Assembly (NCBI GenBank): GCA_018649885.1
Contig: JABIHA010000112.1
Location: 1-64,000 of the forward strand
From: Bacteriovoracaceae bacterium
GTDB taxonomy: Bacteria > Bdellovibrionota > Bacteriovoracia > Bacteriovoracales > Bacteriovoracaceae
Length of the DNA stretch: 64,000 nt
Direction of reading: 5' to 3'
Part shown: positions 1 to 10,796 of the stretch, piece by piece
How the letters are laid out: every line of letters begins with the position of its first letter
Position numbering within the stretch: position 1 is the first letter of the stretch
Program-made: the position numbers and the translations under genes
Notes under the pieces: model-generated
The model's input: only the letters and a program-made list of their open reading frames with translations
The model's database searches: none
Told to the model about the DNA's origin: nothing

Positions 1-1
1 A

Positions 2-145
2 ACGGAAATGATCATGCCTGGAGACAATACAGCGTTTGATGTAGAGCTTATCACTAAGGTAGCAATGGAGAAGGGACTAAGATTTGCAATCCGTGAGGGT
101 GGCAGAACAATTGGTGCTGGAACTGTTTCTGAAGTTGTTGAATAA
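2..145 (+). CDS. tuf: Elongation factor Tu, C-terminal fragment (truncated by window edge)
   Basis: Frame from nt 2 reads [10 protein letters not shown]...[23 protein letters not shown], the EF-Tu C-terminus; directly precedes rpsJ. Confidence 0.97.
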   Translation, partial: TEMIMPGDNTAFDVELITKVAMEKGLRFAIREGGRTIGAGTVSEVVE

Positions 146-157
146 ATATGTTCCCAA

Positions 158-198
158 ACAGGGGGCTTTGTGTAATAAAGGCTCCCTGTAGATTTTTT
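158..198 (+). terminator. Intrinsic terminator/attenuator between tuf and rpsJ
   Basis: ACAGGGGGCTTT pairs with AAGGCTCCCTGT (two G-U pairs), followed by AGATTTTTT. Confidence 0.6.
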
Positions 199-218
199 AA
201 TTACAAAAGAGAGTGGAA

Positions 219-527
219 ATGAAGTCTAATAGATTGAGAATTAAGCTGCGCGCCTATGACCATCAAATACTCGATGCGTCAATAAAGGAAATAGTATTAA
301 CAGCTAAAAATACAGGTGCAAGAGTTGCTGGGCCGATTCCACTGCCTACGGAAATTAATAAGTACACAGTTCTTAGATCTCCTCACGTTAACAAGAAATC
401 GAGAGAGCAATTTGAGATGAGAACACACAAAAGAATGGTCGATATTATTGACCCAACACAACAAACAGTTGATAGTCTAATGAAGCTCGACCTATCAGCC
501 GGAGTTGACGTAGAGATTAAATACTAG
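219..527 (+). CDS. rpsJ: 30S ribosomal protein S10
   Basis: [39 protein letters not shown] 219 preferred over GTG 213. Confidence 0.98.
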   Translation: MKSNRLRIKLRAYDHQILDASIKEIVLTAKNTGARVAGPIPLPTEINKYTVLRSPHVNKKSREQFEMRTHKRMVDIIDPTQQTVDSLMKLDLSAGVDVEIKY

Positions 528-612
528 TATAGATCGCTTACAACCTAAAGCGTATCTAAATATTAACCATGAACGCAGCCCTGAGATAGGGTGATGCTGT
601 GGAGGAAAAAAA

Positions 613-1284
613 ATGTCAGAAGAACAAACACAAGAGACTGCCGTCAAGGTTCACCTACCTGCTTTTTATGGTTTGAAAGCTGGTATGACTAGAATTTTTG
701 ATAGCAACGGTAATCATGTTCCAGTAACAGTGATTAAATTATTACCGAATTATATTTCTCAAGTTAAGGCTTCAGAAAAAGATGGCTATACAGCTTATCA
801 ATTAGCCTATTATGAAAAAAGAGAAAAATTAGTAAGTAAGCCTAAACAAGGTCACCTCAAAAAAGCCGGAATTGATTCTACGTTTGCAAGATTTGCAGAA
901 GTAAGAGTTGACGAGGTTAATCCTGAATTTTTAGGAAAGCCTGTTGATTTTGATAATTTTCCAGAATCAACTTACATCGATGTAACTGGCTTTACTAAAG
1001 GTAAAGGCTTTCAGGGTGTTATTAAAAGGTATGGCTTCAGTGGCGGACCAGCTACGCACGGTTCTAAATTTCACAGAACAACTGGTGCTATTGGAAACAG
1101 AGCAACTCCTGGTAGAGTTTTTGCTCTAACTAAAATGCCTGGTCATATGGGAAACAAGAAAAGAACTATGCAAAATCTTAAAGTGGTTGAATTAAATACC
1201 AATGACGGATATTTGCTAATCAAAGGTTCAATTCCTGGTTCTAAAAACAGCATTGTAAAAATTCAGAAAGCGATTAAGGCGTAA
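613..1284 (+). CDS. rplC: 50S ribosomal protein L3
   Basis: KAGMT, KGKGFQGVIKR, THGSKFHR, KMPGHMG motifs; GGAGG SD. Confidence 0.98.
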   Translation: MSEEQTQETAVKVHLPAFYGLKAGMTRIFDSNGNHVPVTVIKLLPNYISQVKASEKDGYTAYQLAYYEKREKLVSKPKQGHLKKAGIDSTFARFAEVRVDEVNPEFLGKPVDFDNFPESTYIDVTGFTKGKGFQGVIKRYGFSGGPATHGSKFHRTTGAIGNRATPGRVFALTKMPGHMGNKKRTMQNLKVVELNTNDGYLLIKGSIPGSKNSIVKIQKAIKA

Positions 1285-1295
1285 AGGAAAAGAAC

Positions 1296-1913
1296 ATGTC
1301 AGATATAACAGTTTTAAATTCAAAGTTTGAGACATCTGGATCGCTCTCTACTGAAGTTAGCCTTACTCCGGAAGATATTAACATTGCAGTTGTTCACCAG
1401 GTTGTAAAAGCAACTTTGGCAGGTAGAAGACAGGGAACTGCTTGTACTAAGAACAAAGCACTAGTTTCAGGTGGTGGAGCTAAGCCTTTTAAGCAAAAAG
1501 GTACAGGTAATGCCAGGCAGGGTTCGAGAAGATCACCTCTCATGCCTGGTGGTGGGACAACATTTGGTCCAACTCCTAGAGACTACACTCAAAAAATAAA
1601 TAAAAGAATGATGGGTAAAGCTATCCAAGCAGTATTGGCCGATAAACTTCAGGCGGGGAAACTCACTGTTGTTGAAAAACTAGAGTCAACTGGAAAAACC
1701 AAAGAAATGTTTTTGGCATTGGATGGAAAGGGTTTGTTACCTGCTTTGGTAGTTACAAAAGACAGTGACTCGAAAGCAATTCTTGCTGCAAGAAATTTGA
1801 AGCGAGGAAAAGCAATACCTGTTGATGGCTTCAGTGTTTACGAAGCGGTTAAATTTGAAAATCTAGTAATAGAAAAAGAAGCACTAGAATCGCTTCTTCA
1901 AAGGTTAGGATAG
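1296..1913 (+). CDS. rplD: 50S ribosomal protein L4
   Basis: RQGT..TK, KPFKQKGTGNARQGS, GGGTTFGP. Confidence 0.98.
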   Translation: MSDITVLNSKFETSGSLSTEVSLTPEDINIAVVHQVVKATLAGRRQGTACTKNKALVSGGGAKPFKQKGTGNARQGSRRSPLMPGGGTTFGPTPRDYTQKINKRMMGKAIQAVLADKLQAGKLTVVEKLESTGKTKEMFLALDGKGLLPALVVTKDSDSKAILAARNLKRGKAIPVDGFSVYEAVKFENLVIEKEALESLLQRLG

Positions 1914-1917
1914 AGTT

Positions 1918-2208
1918 ATGGCTCATATTGAAGATGTACTCGTAAGGCCACTTCTGACTGAAAAGTCGACTAAAGAGGGTGAGAAGTTTAACAAATACCT
2001 TTTTGAGGTTGGTCTTAAGTCAAATAAGCATCAAATCAAGGCTGCTATTGAAAAGCTATACGATGTAAAAGTATTAAAAGTTAATACTTCTATTACTCCG
2101 GGTAAGCTTAAGAAATATGGTAAAGCGGTTAAGAAAACATCTAAATATAAGAAGGCTGCAGTTCTAGTTGAACAAGGTCAAAAAATAGAATTTTTTAGAG
2201 ATATATAA
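1918..2208 (+). CDS. rplW: 50S ribosomal protein L23
   Basis: PLLTEKS, NKHQIKAAIE, KKA; synteny. Confidence 0.97.
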   Translation: MAHIEDVLVRPLLTEKSTKEGEKFNKYLFEVGLKSNKHQIKAAIEKLYDVKVLKVNTSITPGKLKKYGKAVKKTSKYKKAAVLVEQGQKIEFFRDI

Positions 2209-2222
2209 AATAGAGGCTGAGC

Positions 2223-3053
2223 ATGGGAATTAAAAAGTTTAGACCGACATCTCCTTCACTTAGAAAGATGAGAACTCTCACGAGTGAAGGGTTGACCAAG
2301 GGAACTAAGCCACTAAAGTCACTTTTGGCACCACTTAGTAACAAGAGTGGGCGAAATAGCACGGGTAGAATTACTGTTCGTCATCGCGGTGGAAGAGTTA
2401 AAAGAAAATACAGAGTGATTGATTTCAAAAGAAATAAATTTGAGATCCCAGCTACTGTTAAAACTATTGAGTATGATCCAAACAGAAACTGTAATATTGC
2501 TCTTCTTTTTTATAAAGATGGTGAAAAACGGTATATGTTGGCTCCGCTTGGATTGAAAGAGGGCGATGTTGTTATCTCTTCTGCGACTGCAGACATTAAG
2601 ACAGGTAACTGCAAAGAACTAAAAGATATTCCAGTAGGTACATTGGTTCACAATGTTGAGCTTTACCCTGGTGCTGGTGGCCAGTTAGCAAGAGCTGCAG
2701 GAGCATACGTTCAATTGATGGCAAAAGAAGGAAAAGAAGCTCTTCTTAGAATGCCTTCAGGTGAAATTAGAAAGGTGAAAGACAACTGTAGGGCAACAAT
2801 TGGCCAGGTCGGAAACTTAGAGTTTGAAAACGTTAATTGGGGTAAAGCAGGTAAGTCGAGACATCGTGGTATTAGACCAACTGTTAGAGGCGTTGCTATG
2901 AACCCAGTTGATCACCCACATGGTGGTGGTGAAGGAAGAACAAGTGGTGGTAGACATCCTGTTACTCCTTGGGGCGTTCCAACTAAAGGTTACAAAACCA
3001 GAAAAAATAAAAGAACGAATAAATTTATAGTTAAGAGAAGAAATAAAAAATAA
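2223..3053 (+). CDS. rplB: 50S ribosomal protein L2
   Basis: [33 protein letters not shown]. Confidence 0.99.
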   Translation: MGIKKFRPTSPSLRKMRTLTSEGLTKGTKPLKSLLAPLSNKSGRNSTGRITVRHRGGRVKRKYRVIDFKRNKFEIPATVKTIEYDPNRNCNIALLFYKDGEKRYMLAPLGLKEGDVVISSATADIKTGNCKELKDIPVGTLVHNVELYPGAGGQLARAAGAYVQLMAKEGKEALLRMPSGEIRKVKDNCRATIGQVGNLEFENVNWGKAGKSRHRGIRPTVRGVAMNPVDHPHGGGEGRTSGGRHPVTPWGVPTKGYKTRKNKRTNKFIVKRRNKK

Positions 3054-3069
3054 ACTGAAGGATAGTTAG

Positions 3070-3351
3070 ATGGCAAGATCGTTAAAAAAAGGTGCTTTTG
3101 TAGATGAACATCTCATTAGTAAGGTCATGGACCTACAAGACGACAGAGCTAAAAGTGCAAAAGTGATTAAGACTTGGTCGAGAAGATCTACTATAGTTCC
3201 AGAATTTATTGGGACAACGATTGCTGTACATAATGGGAGAAAATTTATTCCTGTTTATATTACAGATCAAATGGTGGGTCATAAACTCGGTGAGTTTGCA
3301 ATAACAAGAACATATAACGGTCATGGATCGGATAAAAAAGGCAAGCGATAA
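3070..3351 (+). CDS. rpsS: 30S ribosomal protein S19
   Basis: [26 protein letters not shown]. Confidence 0.99.
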   Translation: MARSLKKGAFVDEHLISKVMDLQDDRAKSAKVIKTWSRRSTIVPEFIGTTIAVHNGRKFIPVYITDQMVGHKLGEFAITRTYNGHGSDKKGKR

Positions 3352-3365
3352 GTAGGTAACTAATT

Positions 3366-3701
3366 ATGTCTATAAAAATGAAAAATAGAAATTTTGGTGT
3401 TGCTCCTCGGAAGGTAAGGCAGGTTGCTGCTCTTATTAGAAGAAAGCCTGTTGATGAAGCACTTGGAGTTTTGAGATATTCTCCAAAAAAAGAAATTGCA
3501 ATCATGTTAAGCAAATTAATTAACAGTGGTTTAGCAGTGGCTTCAGAGTCAGAAAAGTATGATTTGGATAATCTTGTAGTTGATATTGTCATGGTTGATG
3601 AAGGACCTACACTAAAGAGAATTCAACCTCGTGCTCAGGGCAGGGCATTTAGGATTAGAAAAAGAACTAGCCACATAACTGTGGAACTAAAAGAAGCTTA
3701 G
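3366..3701 (+). CDS. rplV: 50S ribosomal protein L22
   Basis: [20 protein letters not shown]. Confidence 0.98.
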   Translation: MSIKMKNRNFGVAPRKVRQVAALIRRKPVDEALGVLRYSPKKEIAIMLSKLINSGLAVASESEKYDLDNLVVDIVMVDEGPTLKRIQPRAQGRAFRIRKRTSHITVELKEA

Positions 3702-3720
3702 GCTATTAAAGGAAAGTGTA

Positions 3721-4347
3721 ATGGGACAAAAAGTACACCCAACTGGTTTTCGACTTGGTTATATCAAGACATGGCATTCAAATTGGTACATTAAGGACAA
3801 TTACGCCAATGTATTGCATGAAGACCTAAAAATTAGAAAGTACATTGAAAAAGAACTTAAACCTGCATCTGTTGCTAGAATTGAAATTTCAAGAACTTCA
3901 GATCAAGTTAAAGTTACCGTTTTCACTGCAAGACCCGGTGTGGCCATAGGCAAGAAAGGTGCAGGCATTGAGAAGGTAAGAATTGATCTTAAGAAAATTA
4001 CCTCGGGAACATTGATCTTCAATATTGCTGAAGTAAAAAGACCGGATGCTGAAGCTAAGTTAATTGCTGAAAATATTGCTTCTCAACTTGAAAGAAGGGT
4101 TGCATTTAGAAGAGCTATGAAAAAAGTTATGCAATCAGCTTTTAGATCAGGCGTTAAAGGTATCAAGGTAAGATGTGCTGGCAGACTTGGTGGCGCTGAA
4201 ATGGCTAGATCTGAAGGTTATTCAGATAGGAAAGTGCCACTTCATACTTTGAGAGCAGACATTGATTACAATACAGCCGAAGCTAAAACTACCTACGGAA
4301 TTATTGGTGTAAAAGTTTGGGTATATAAGGGAGAGGTTTACAAGTAA
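3721..4347 (+). CDS. rpsC: 30S ribosomal protein S3
   Basis: [33 protein letters not shown]. Confidence 0.99.
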   Translation: MGQKVHPTGFRLGYIKTWHSNWYIKDNYANVLHEDLKIRKYIEKELKPASVARIEISRTSDQVKVTVFTARPGVAIGKKGAGIEKVRIDLKKITSGTLIFNIAEVKRPDAEAKLIAENIASQLERRVAFRRAMKKVMQSAFRSGVKGIKVRCAGRLGGAEMARSEGYSDRKVPLHTLRADIDYNTAEAKTTYGIIGVKVWVYKGEVYK

Positions 4348-4389
4348 ACCGATCGATTAAGCAAAGAAGAAAATAAATAGAGGTTTTAT

Positions 4390-4803
4390 ATGTTAAGTCC
4401 TAAAAAAGTTAAATGGAGAAAGCCGCAGAAGGGAAGAATGAAGGGGAGAGCCTATAGAGGTAGTACAATTACCTTTGGTGATTTTGCTCTTCAAGCTCAA
4501 CACTGTGGATATCTTACCAATAGGCAAATTGAAGCTGCCAGGATTGCAATGACTCGCCGAGCCAAGAGAGGCGGGAAAGTTTGGATCAAAGTATTTCCAG
4601 ACAAAGCTCTAACTAGCAAGCCTGCTGAAGTAAGAATGGGTAAAGGGAAAGGTTCTCCAGACAAATGGGTTGCTGTTATTAAGCCAGGCAGAATACTGTT
4701 TGAAATTGGTGGTGGACTTGAGGAAGAGGTATGCCTGGCTGCGTTAAGGCTGGCAATGTACAAGCTTCCAATAAAAACAAAAATTATAAGAAAAGAAGCT
4801 TAG
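4390..4803 (+). CDS. rplP: 50S ribosomal protein L16
   Basis: [19 protein letters not shown]. Confidence 0.99.
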   Translation: MLSPKKVKWRKPQKGRMKGRAYRGSTITFGDFALQAQHCGYLTNRQIEAARIAMTRRAKRGGKVWIKVFPDKALTSKPAEVRMGKGKGSPDKWVAVIKPGRILFEIGGGLEEEVCLAALRLAMYKLPIKTKIIRKEA

Positions 4804-4879
4804 CTAGTTCTAGGCAACAGACACTGAATAAGGTATGAAAACTGCATTTGTTAAAATGCATTAGATTAATGAGGCAACT

Positions 4880-5074
4880 ATGTTGAAGATGAGTGAAATT
4901 AAGGGTTTAGACGGCGCGGCCATTAAGAAGAAGGTTGAAGAGTTGAGGACGGAAATTTATCACCATCGCATTCAGAAGCATACTTCGAGTATGGAGCAAG
5001 TTCATCTGATCAAAAATGCAAAAAAAGATATAGCTAGGCTCTTAACTGCTTTAAACAGCAACGGCGGGAAGTAA
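4880..5074 (+). CDS. rpmC: 50S ribosomal protein L29
   Basis: KKDIARLLT; position between rplP and rpsQ. Confidence 0.95.
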   Translation: MLKMSEIKGLDGAAIKKKVEELRTEIYHHRIQKHTSSMEQVHLIKNAKKDIARLLTALNSNGGK

Positions 5075-5078
5075 GTAG

Positions 5079-5339
5079 ATGGAAAACACAAATCAAAAAT
5101 TTAAAAGAAAATTACGGGGAACCGTTGTTAGTGATAAAGGCGACAAGACAATTGTTGTGAACGTGATTAGAAGATTTAAGCACCCAAAATATCCAAAATT
5201 CGTTCACGTTTCTGATCGTTACCACGCTCATGATGTGGATAATAAAGCTAACAAAGGTGACGATGTGACAATCATAGAGTCTCAGCCTCACTCTAAGTTA
5301 AAAAAGTGGGAGCTACTTGAAATCAGGTCGCAGGGATAA
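5079..5339 (+). CDS. rpsQ: 30S ribosomal protein S17
   Basis: GTVVSDK..KTIVV, HPKY, AHD, SKLKKW. Confidence 0.97.
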   Translation: MENTNQKFKRKLRGTVVSDKGDKTIVVNVIRRFKHPKYPKFVHVSDRYHAHDVDNKANKGDDVTIIESQPHSKLKKWELLEIRSQG

Positions 5340-5353
5340 GGTAGGAATTAGTT

Positions 5354-5722
5354 ATGATTCAAATGCAAACAAAATTAGAAGTAGCAGATAACTCTGGAGC
5401 CAAGGTAGTTAAGTGTATTAAGGTGCTTGGTGGTTCTAAGAGAATGACTGCAAGACTAGGTGACATCATTGTATGCGCTGTTCAAGAAGCCCTTCCGGGT
5501 GGAAAGATGAAAAAAGGCGATGTGAAGAAAGCTGTGATTGTTAGAACGAGTTATCCAATTCGAAGAGAAGATGGAAGTTATATCCAATTTGATAAAAATA
5601 GTGTCGTACTTCTTGGTACAGCTCAAGAGCCAGTTGGAACTAGGATTTTTGGCCCAGTAGCAAGAGAGTTGAGGAACAAAAACTTTACAAAAATTTGTTC
5701 ATTGGCACCAGAAGTTCTGTAG
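5354..5722 (+). CDS. rplN: 50S ribosomal protein L14
   Basis: [28 protein letters not shown]. Confidence 0.99.
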   Translation: MIQMQTKLEVADNSGAKVVKCIKVLGGSKRMTARLGDIIVCAVQEALPGGKMKKGDVKKAVIVRTSYPIRREDGSYIQFDKNSVVLLGTAQEPVGTRIFGPVARELRNKNFTKICSLAPEVL

Positions 5723-5737
5723 TTAATAGGTGGTTAT

Positions 5738-6049
5738 ATGCAAAAGCTTAGATTAAATGATGAAGTCGTAGTCCTTGCCGGTAAAGAAAAAGGCAAAACT
5801 GCGAAAGTTACGAATATTAACTGGAAGAGAAGAATTGTTTTTCTTGAAGGTTTGAACACATCGACAAAGGCCATGAAGCCAACTCAAGAAAATCCAAGTG
5901 GTGGATTTGCTCAGGTTGAGGCGGGAGTTCATATTTCTAATGTAGCGGTAGTTAGTCCAAAAACTAATAAAGCAACTAGAGTTAGAATTGAAAATAGAGA
6001 TGGAAAAAAGGTCAGAGTAGCAACAGCTTGTGGCTCTGTGTTAAGTTAA
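5738..6049 (+). CDS. rplX: 50S ribosomal protein L24
   Basis: KOW motif [17 protein letters not shown]. Confidence 0.97.
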   Translation: MQKLRLNDEVVVLAGKEKGKTAKVTNINWKRRIVFLEGLNTSTKAMKPTQENPSGGFAQVEAGVHISNVAVVSPKTNKATRVRIENRDGKKVRVATACGSVLS

Positions 6050-6059
6050 GGATTATATA

Positions 6060-6602
6060 ATGAGTAGATTAAAGCAAATCTATGACAAGGAAGTTCGGGC
6101 TAAGCTAAAAGATGAGCTAGGGTTAAAAAATATTAATCAAGTTCCAAAGATGGAAAGAATAGTAATTAACTGTGTTACACGTGATTGCGTGCAAAACGGC
6201 AAAATTGCAGAAAGTATAATGAATGATTTGGCATGTATTGCGGGTCAGAAAGCTGTAGTTGCTAGAGCAAAAAAATCTATCGCCTCTTTTAAGGTGAGAG
6301 AAGGACAGGCTCTTGGTGCATTTGTAACTCTTCGTGGAAAAGTAATGTACGAATTTTTAGATAGACTCGTTAACATTTCACTTCCAAGAGTTAGAGACTT
6401 TAAGGGTGTTAGCCCAAAGAGTTTTGATGGCCGTGGAAATTATAGTATGGGAATGAAAGAGCAAATTATCTTCCCAGAAATTAACTACGATAAAATTGAT
6501 AAAATTAGGGGCCTTGGGATTTCATTTGTCACAACGGCAGATAGTAATGAACATGGCAGAGCTTTATTGAAAGCTTTGGGAATGCCCTTTAGAGAAAAAT
6601 AA
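6060..6602 (+). CDS. rplE: 50S ribosomal protein L5
   Basis: [28 protein letters not shown]. Confidence 0.99.
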   Translation: MSRLKQIYDKEVRAKLKDELGLKNINQVPKMERIVINCVTRDCVQNGKIAESIMNDLACIAGQKAVVARAKKSIASFKVREGQALGAFVTLRGKVMYEFLDRLVNISLPRVRDFKGVSPKSFDGRGNYSMGMKEQIIFPEINYDKIDKIRGLGISFVTTADSNEHGRALLKALGMPFREK

Positions 6603-6621
6603 ATTAAGGAAGGTCTGAGTT

Positions 6622-6807
6622 ATGGCAAGGCTTGCAAAAATTGTAGCTAACAATAAAAAGCAAAAGTTCAAAGTAAGACATAGAAACAGATGTGAGCTGT
6701 GTGGACGACCAAGAGGTTTCCTTAGAAACTTCAAAATGTGTCGGATTTGCTTTAGAGAGCAATCTCTTAAGGGAATGGTCCCAGGTGTAACAAAGTCAAG
6801 CTGGTAA
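6622..6807 (+). CDS. rpsZ: 30S ribosomal protein S14, Zn-binding type Z
   Basis: 61 aa with CELCGRPR and CRICFRE (two CxxC), ending GVTKSSW. Confidence 0.97.
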   Translation: MARLAKIVANNKKQKFKVRHRNRCELCGRPRGFLRNFKMCRICFREQSLKGMVPGVTKSSW

Positions 6808-6823
6808 GTGGGAGAATATTGAG

Positions 6824-7207
6824 ATGATGACTGATCCTATAGCAGACATGCTAACAAGAATTAGAAATGCTGGTCGGGCTGGGCATGGAAATGTTGAATT
6901 TCCAGCAAACCGAGTTAAGGCAAATATTTGTAAAGTGCTTAAAGAAGAAGGTTTTATTAGATCTTTTAAGATTATTGCTAAAGAAAAAAGTGATATTCGT
7001 CTAAAAGTAGGTTTGAAGCCAGGTGCGATTGTAGGAATTACAAGAGTCTCTAAGCCAGGTCTTCGAATTTATAAAAAACATGATGAAATGCCTCGAGTTG
7101 TCTCTGGATTAGGAATTTCTGTAGTTTCTACTTCCAAGGGTGTGATTTCTTCAAGAATGGCAAAACATAAAAAACTAGGCGGAGAGGTTCTCTGCAACGT
7201 TTGGTAG
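6824..7207 (+). CDS. rpsH: 30S ribosomal protein S8
   Basis: DPIADMLTRIRNA, SKPGLRIY, GGEVLC. Confidence 0.99.
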   Translation: MMTDPIADMLTRIRNAGRAGHGNVEFPANRVKANICKVLKEEGFIRSFKIIAKEKSDIRLKVGLKPGAIVGITRVSKPGLRIYKKHDEMPRVVSGLGISVVSTSKGVISSRMAKHKKLGGEVLCNVW

Positions 7208-7216
7208 GAGTGAATA

Positions 7217-7756
7217 ATGTCTAGGATTGGTAAACAACCTGTACAAATTCCGGAAAAAGTTGAAGTTAAACTTGACGGTGGTTTGATTAAAGTAAAAGGC
7301 CCAAATGGCGCGATGGAATTTAGTCACCATCAAAGTGTCACTGTAGATAAAGAGGAAAACACACTTGTTGTTAAGCCTTTAGATCAATCTAAGAAAACAA
7401 GAGCTCTCTGGGGTTTAACCAGAACACTTGTTGATAATATGGTTGTTGGCGTGACCAAAGGTTTTACTAGAACTCTCGAATTTAACGGAGTTGGATATAA
7501 AGCTGCCGTTAAAGGTGACTCAATGCTTCTAAACTTGGGTTTTTCACACCCAATTAATTATAAATTACCTGATGGTGTCTCTGCTAAAGTGACAAAGAAT
7601 GTAATTGTATTATCTGGTTGTAGTAAAGAGCTAGTTGGCTTTGCCGCCGCTAAAATTAGATCTTTTAGACCACCAGAGCCTTACAAAGGTAAGGGCGTTA
7701 AATACCAAGATGAAACTATCATTAGAAAAGCTGGTAAATCAGGTGGCAAAAAATAG
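7217..7756 (+). CDS. rplF: 50S ribosomal protein L6
   Basis: MSRIGKQP, RPPEPYKGKG. Confidence 0.99.
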   Translation: MSRIGKQPVQIPEKVEVKLDGGLIKVKGPNGAMEFSHHQSVTVDKEENTLVVKPLDQSKKTRALWGLTRTLVDNMVVGVTKGFTRTLEFNGVGYKAAVKGDSMLLNLGFSHPINYKLPDGVSAKVTKNVIVLSGCSKELVGFAAAKIRSFRPPEPYKGKGVKYQDETIIRKAGKSGGKK

Positions 7757-7767
7757 GGTTGATTGAA

Positions 7768-8142
7768 ATGAGAAAGCAGTACAAAAAAATTAAAAGTGAT
7801 ACCGAGAGAACAAGGTATAGAAGAAAGTTAACGATTAGAAAAAAGATTAGTGGCACAGCTGAAAGGCCGAGGTTATGTGTTCAGAAATCTAATAAGCACT
7901 TTCGTGTTCAAGTTGTAGATGATGAATTGGGAAAAACTTTGTTTTCAGTCCAAACATTTGGAAAAAATAGTGTTGAGGGCACAGCTAATAAAGCAGGAGC
8001 TAAAGCTGTCGGAATAAAAGTTGCTGAAGAATTGAAAGGTAAAGGATTGACCACCGCTGTTTTTGATAGAGGCGGGAATATGTATGCTGGGAGCCTTTCA
8101 ACACTTGCAGATACAATCAGGGAAGCAGGGATTAAAATTTAA
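7768..8142 (+). CDS. rplR: 50S ribosomal protein L18
   Basis: [21 protein letters not shown] 7768 (track start TTG 7759). Confidence 0.97.
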   Translation: MRKQYKKIKSDTERTRYRRKLTIRKKISGTAERPRLCVQKSNKHFRVQVVDDELGKTLFSVQTFGKNSVEGTANKAGAKAVGIKVAEELKGKGLTTAVFDRGGNMYAGSLSTLADTIREAGIKI

Positions 8143-8165
8143 TACTGAATTTAGAGGAAACAATA

Positions 8166-8786
8166 ATGACTGATGAAACAAAAAAAAATGAGACTGCAGA
8201 AGCCGCCAAAACGGAAGTTAAAGCTGAAGCTAAAAAGCCTGCTCACGGGCAAAGAGGAAGGTCTCAGAAAAATGCAGGACGAAGACCTCAGAAATCGGAT
8301 CTCGATGTCGACTTAGAGGAAAGAGTCGTTGCTGTAAATAGGGTTGCTAAAGTTGTTAAAGGTGGACGGCGATTTTCTTTTTCAGCTCTTATGATTGTAG
8401 GAGATAAGAAAGGGAGAGTTGGGTACGGTCTTGGAAAGGCAAAAGAAGTGCCTGAGGCTATTAGAAAAGCTACTCAACAAGCTCAACGTAGTATGATTAC
8501 TGTACCACTCGATCAAGGTACTATTCCTCATGTAATAATGGGTGAATTTGACGCTGGTCAAATTCTTTTTAAGCCTGCTGCTGATGGTACTGGGGTTAAA
8601 GCCGCTGGTGCTTGTAGATCAATTCTTGAGCTTGCAGGTGTTAGAAATGTGTTAACAAAATCACTTAGAGGTAATAATCCTCACAATATTGTAAAAGCTA
8701 CTTTCGCAGCACTTAGATCTTTGAGATCAATTGAAGAAGTTGCAAGAGTTAGAGGCAGAGACTTTAAAACACTTCGAATGAAATAA
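8166..8786 (+). CDS. rpsE: 30S ribosomal protein S5 with ~45-aa N-terminal extension
   Basis: [25 protein letters not shown]. Confidence 0.98.
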   Translation: MTDETKKNETAEAAKTEVKAEAKKPAHGQRGRSQKNAGRRPQKSDLDVDLEERVVAVNRVAKVVKGGRRFSFSALMIVGDKKGRVGYGLGKAKEVPEAIRKATQQAQRSMITVPLDQGTIPHVIMGEFDAGQILFKPAADGTGVKAAGACRSILELAGVRNVLTKSLRGNNPHNIVKATFAALRSLRSIEEVARVRGRDFKTLRMK

Positions 8787-8813
8787 ATTTGAAAGTATAA
8801 ACTGGAATAAATT

Positions 8814-8996
8814 ATGGCGAGTAAAACGATAACAGTAAAATTAAAGAAAAGTGTAATCGGTAGTAATCAGAAAGTGCGCGGAACAGTTAGAGGGTTGGGC
8901 TTGAAAAAGACAAACTCTTCTCGCACGCTTGAGAATACGCCAGCGGTTAGAGGAATGATAAAAAAAGTTATTCACCTTCTTGAGGTGACTGAGTAA
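8814..8996 (+). CDS. rpmD: 50S ribosomal protein L30
   Basis: KSVIG, GLGL, TPAVRGMI. Confidence 0.97.
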   Translation: MASKTITVKLKKSVIGSNQKVRGTVRGLGLKKTNSSRTLENTPAVRGMIKKVIHLLEVTE

Positions 8997-9008
8997 TTGA
9001 GGATGGCT

Positions 9009-9473
9009 ATGCTTACGTTAAACAATTTAAAAAGCCCGAAAGGTGCCCATAGAAACATAAAAAGAATTGGTCGCGGCCAAGGTTCTGGTCAAGGAACTCA
9101 GGCTGGTAAAGGTCACAAAGGTCAAAAAGCCAGAGGCGGCGGCGGAACTGCGCTAGGATTCGAGGGTGGGCAAATGCCACTCTATAGAAGACTTCCTAAA
9201 AGAGGTTTCAAGAATGCTCCTTTTAGAACTATCTATGCTGAAGTTTCTCTCTCTCTTGTTAATACAAAATTTACAAGTGGTGAAGTTACTAGGGAAGCAC
9301 TAGTTGAAAAAGGCATGATTAAGGGAATTAATAAGAGACGCCCAATTAAGATTTTAGGTGGTGGCGAACTTAAGAATGCTCTGACTTTTGTAGGAATTGA
9401 TAAATTCACAAAATCTACTGAAGAAGCCATCAATAAAGCTGGTGGTAAAATCGTTATTAAGGAAGGCAAGTAA
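9009..9473 (+). CDS. rplO: 50S ribosomal protein L15
   Basis: GRGQGSG, GHKGQKAR, FEGGQMPLYRRLPKRGF; start 9003 or 9009. Confidence 0.98.
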   Translation: MLTLNNLKSPKGAHRNIKRIGRGQGSGQGTQAGKGHKGQKARGGGGTALGFEGGQMPLYRRLPKRGFKNAPFRTIYAEVSLSLVNTKFTSGEVTREALVEKGMIKGINKRRPIKILGGGELKNALTFVGIDKFTKSTEEAINKAGGKIVIKEGK

Positions 9474-9476
9474 GAG

Positions 9477-10796
9477 ATGGCAGCTGCTCAAGGAAAAATG
9501 GAAGAGCTTAAGAAGAGAATCTTGTACACAATTTTTATGTTGTGTGTGTTTCGGGTTGCATCACAGATACCGACACCTGGAGTGAATAGAACTGCACTTA
9601 TGGCATTTTTTGAAGGCCACAAGGGTGGTATCTTTGGGATGCTAAGTACCTTTAGTGGTGGTGCTCTCGAGAGATTTTCAGTTGTTGCTCTAGGTATTAT
9701 GCCTTATATCTCCTCCTCCATTATATTTAGTTTGTTAACTGCAACCTTTCCAAGGCTCGCAGAAATTCAAAAAGAACCAGATGGTTACAAGAAAATTAAC
9801 AAATGGACTAGGTATCTTACTGTAGTTCTTTGTATTATTCAGGGAACGGGTTTATCAACTCAACTGCAAGGTGCAAATTCACCAGGCGGAACACCTGTAG
9901 TTCTCAATCCTGGAATGCTCTTTGTTGTAGTCAGTGTTATCACATTAACCGCAGGTACAATGTTTGTAATGTGGCTTGGTGAGCAGATAACTGAAAGAGG
10001 CATTGGTAACGGTATTTCTCTTATCATTTTTGCTGGTATCGCAGCTGGAATTCCCACCGGGACATTTAACACTATTAGACTTTTTAGAAATGGCCAGCTT
10101 TCTGGCTTCACACTTCTTTTAGTAGGATTAGTTATATTTGCGACTTTTTGGATTATTATTTATATTGAGCGTGCGTTCCGGAAGGTGCCCATCCAGTATG
10201 CCAAGAAGGTTATTCATAATCGTGTATATGGCGGTCAATCAACTCACTTGCCTATTAAAATCAATATTGCGGGTGTTATTCCACCAATTTTTGCTTACTC
10301 ATTGTTGGCTTTTCCATTAACGATTGGAAATTTCGTTCCTGATGGGAACCCTATAAAGCCATATATTCAGACAATTATTAACTCACTTTCACCTGGGCAA
10401 GTTTTATACAATGTTGTCTTTGTGGGGATGATTATTTTCTTTGCTTATTTTTATGTACCTATTCAATTTAAGACTGAAGATATTTCTGAAAACTTGAAGA
10501 AAAATGGTGGTTTTATTCCTGGAATTAGACCAGGCTCCAAGACTAAAGAATTTTTCGATTTTATCGTCAATCGCTTAACCCTGGCTGGTGCAACCTATGT
10601 TGCTCTGATTTGTGTTTTGCCGACGATGCTATCAACAAAAGCAAATATCCCATTCTATTTCGGTGGAACATCACTACTTATTTTGGTGGGTGTGGCTATT
10701 GATACGATGGAGAAAATTCAAAGCTTTATGATCTCTCAAAGATACGACACGGCTTATAAGGCCAGAGGGAAGCATAGTGGGGCGAAGAGGTTCTAA
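9477..10796 (+). CDS. secY: Preprotein translocase subunit SecY
   Basis: LGIMPYIS, WLGEQITERGIGNG, FIPGIRPG, GGTSLLI; many TM helices. Confidence 0.99.
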   Translation: MAAAQGKMEELKKRILYTIFMLCVFRVASQIPTPGVNRTALMAFFEGHKGGIFGMLSTFSGGALERFSVVALGIMPYISSSIIFSLLTATFPRLAEIQKEPDGYKKINKWTRYLTVVLCIIQGTGLSTQLQGANSPGGTPVVLNPGMLFVVVSVITLTAGTMFVMWLGEQITERGIGNGISLIIFAGIAAGIPTGTFNTIRLFRNGQLSGFTLLLVGLVIFATFWIIIYIERAFRKVPIQYAKKVIHNRVYGGQSTHLPIKINIAGVIPPIFAYSLLAFPLTIGNFVPDGNPIKPYIQTIINSLSPGQVLYNVVFVGMIIFFAYFYVPIQFKTEDISENLKKNGGFIPGIRPGSKTKEFFDFIVNRLTLAGATYVALICVLPTMLSTKANIPFYFGGTSLLILVGVAIDTMEKIQSFMISQRYDTAYKARGKHSGAKRF

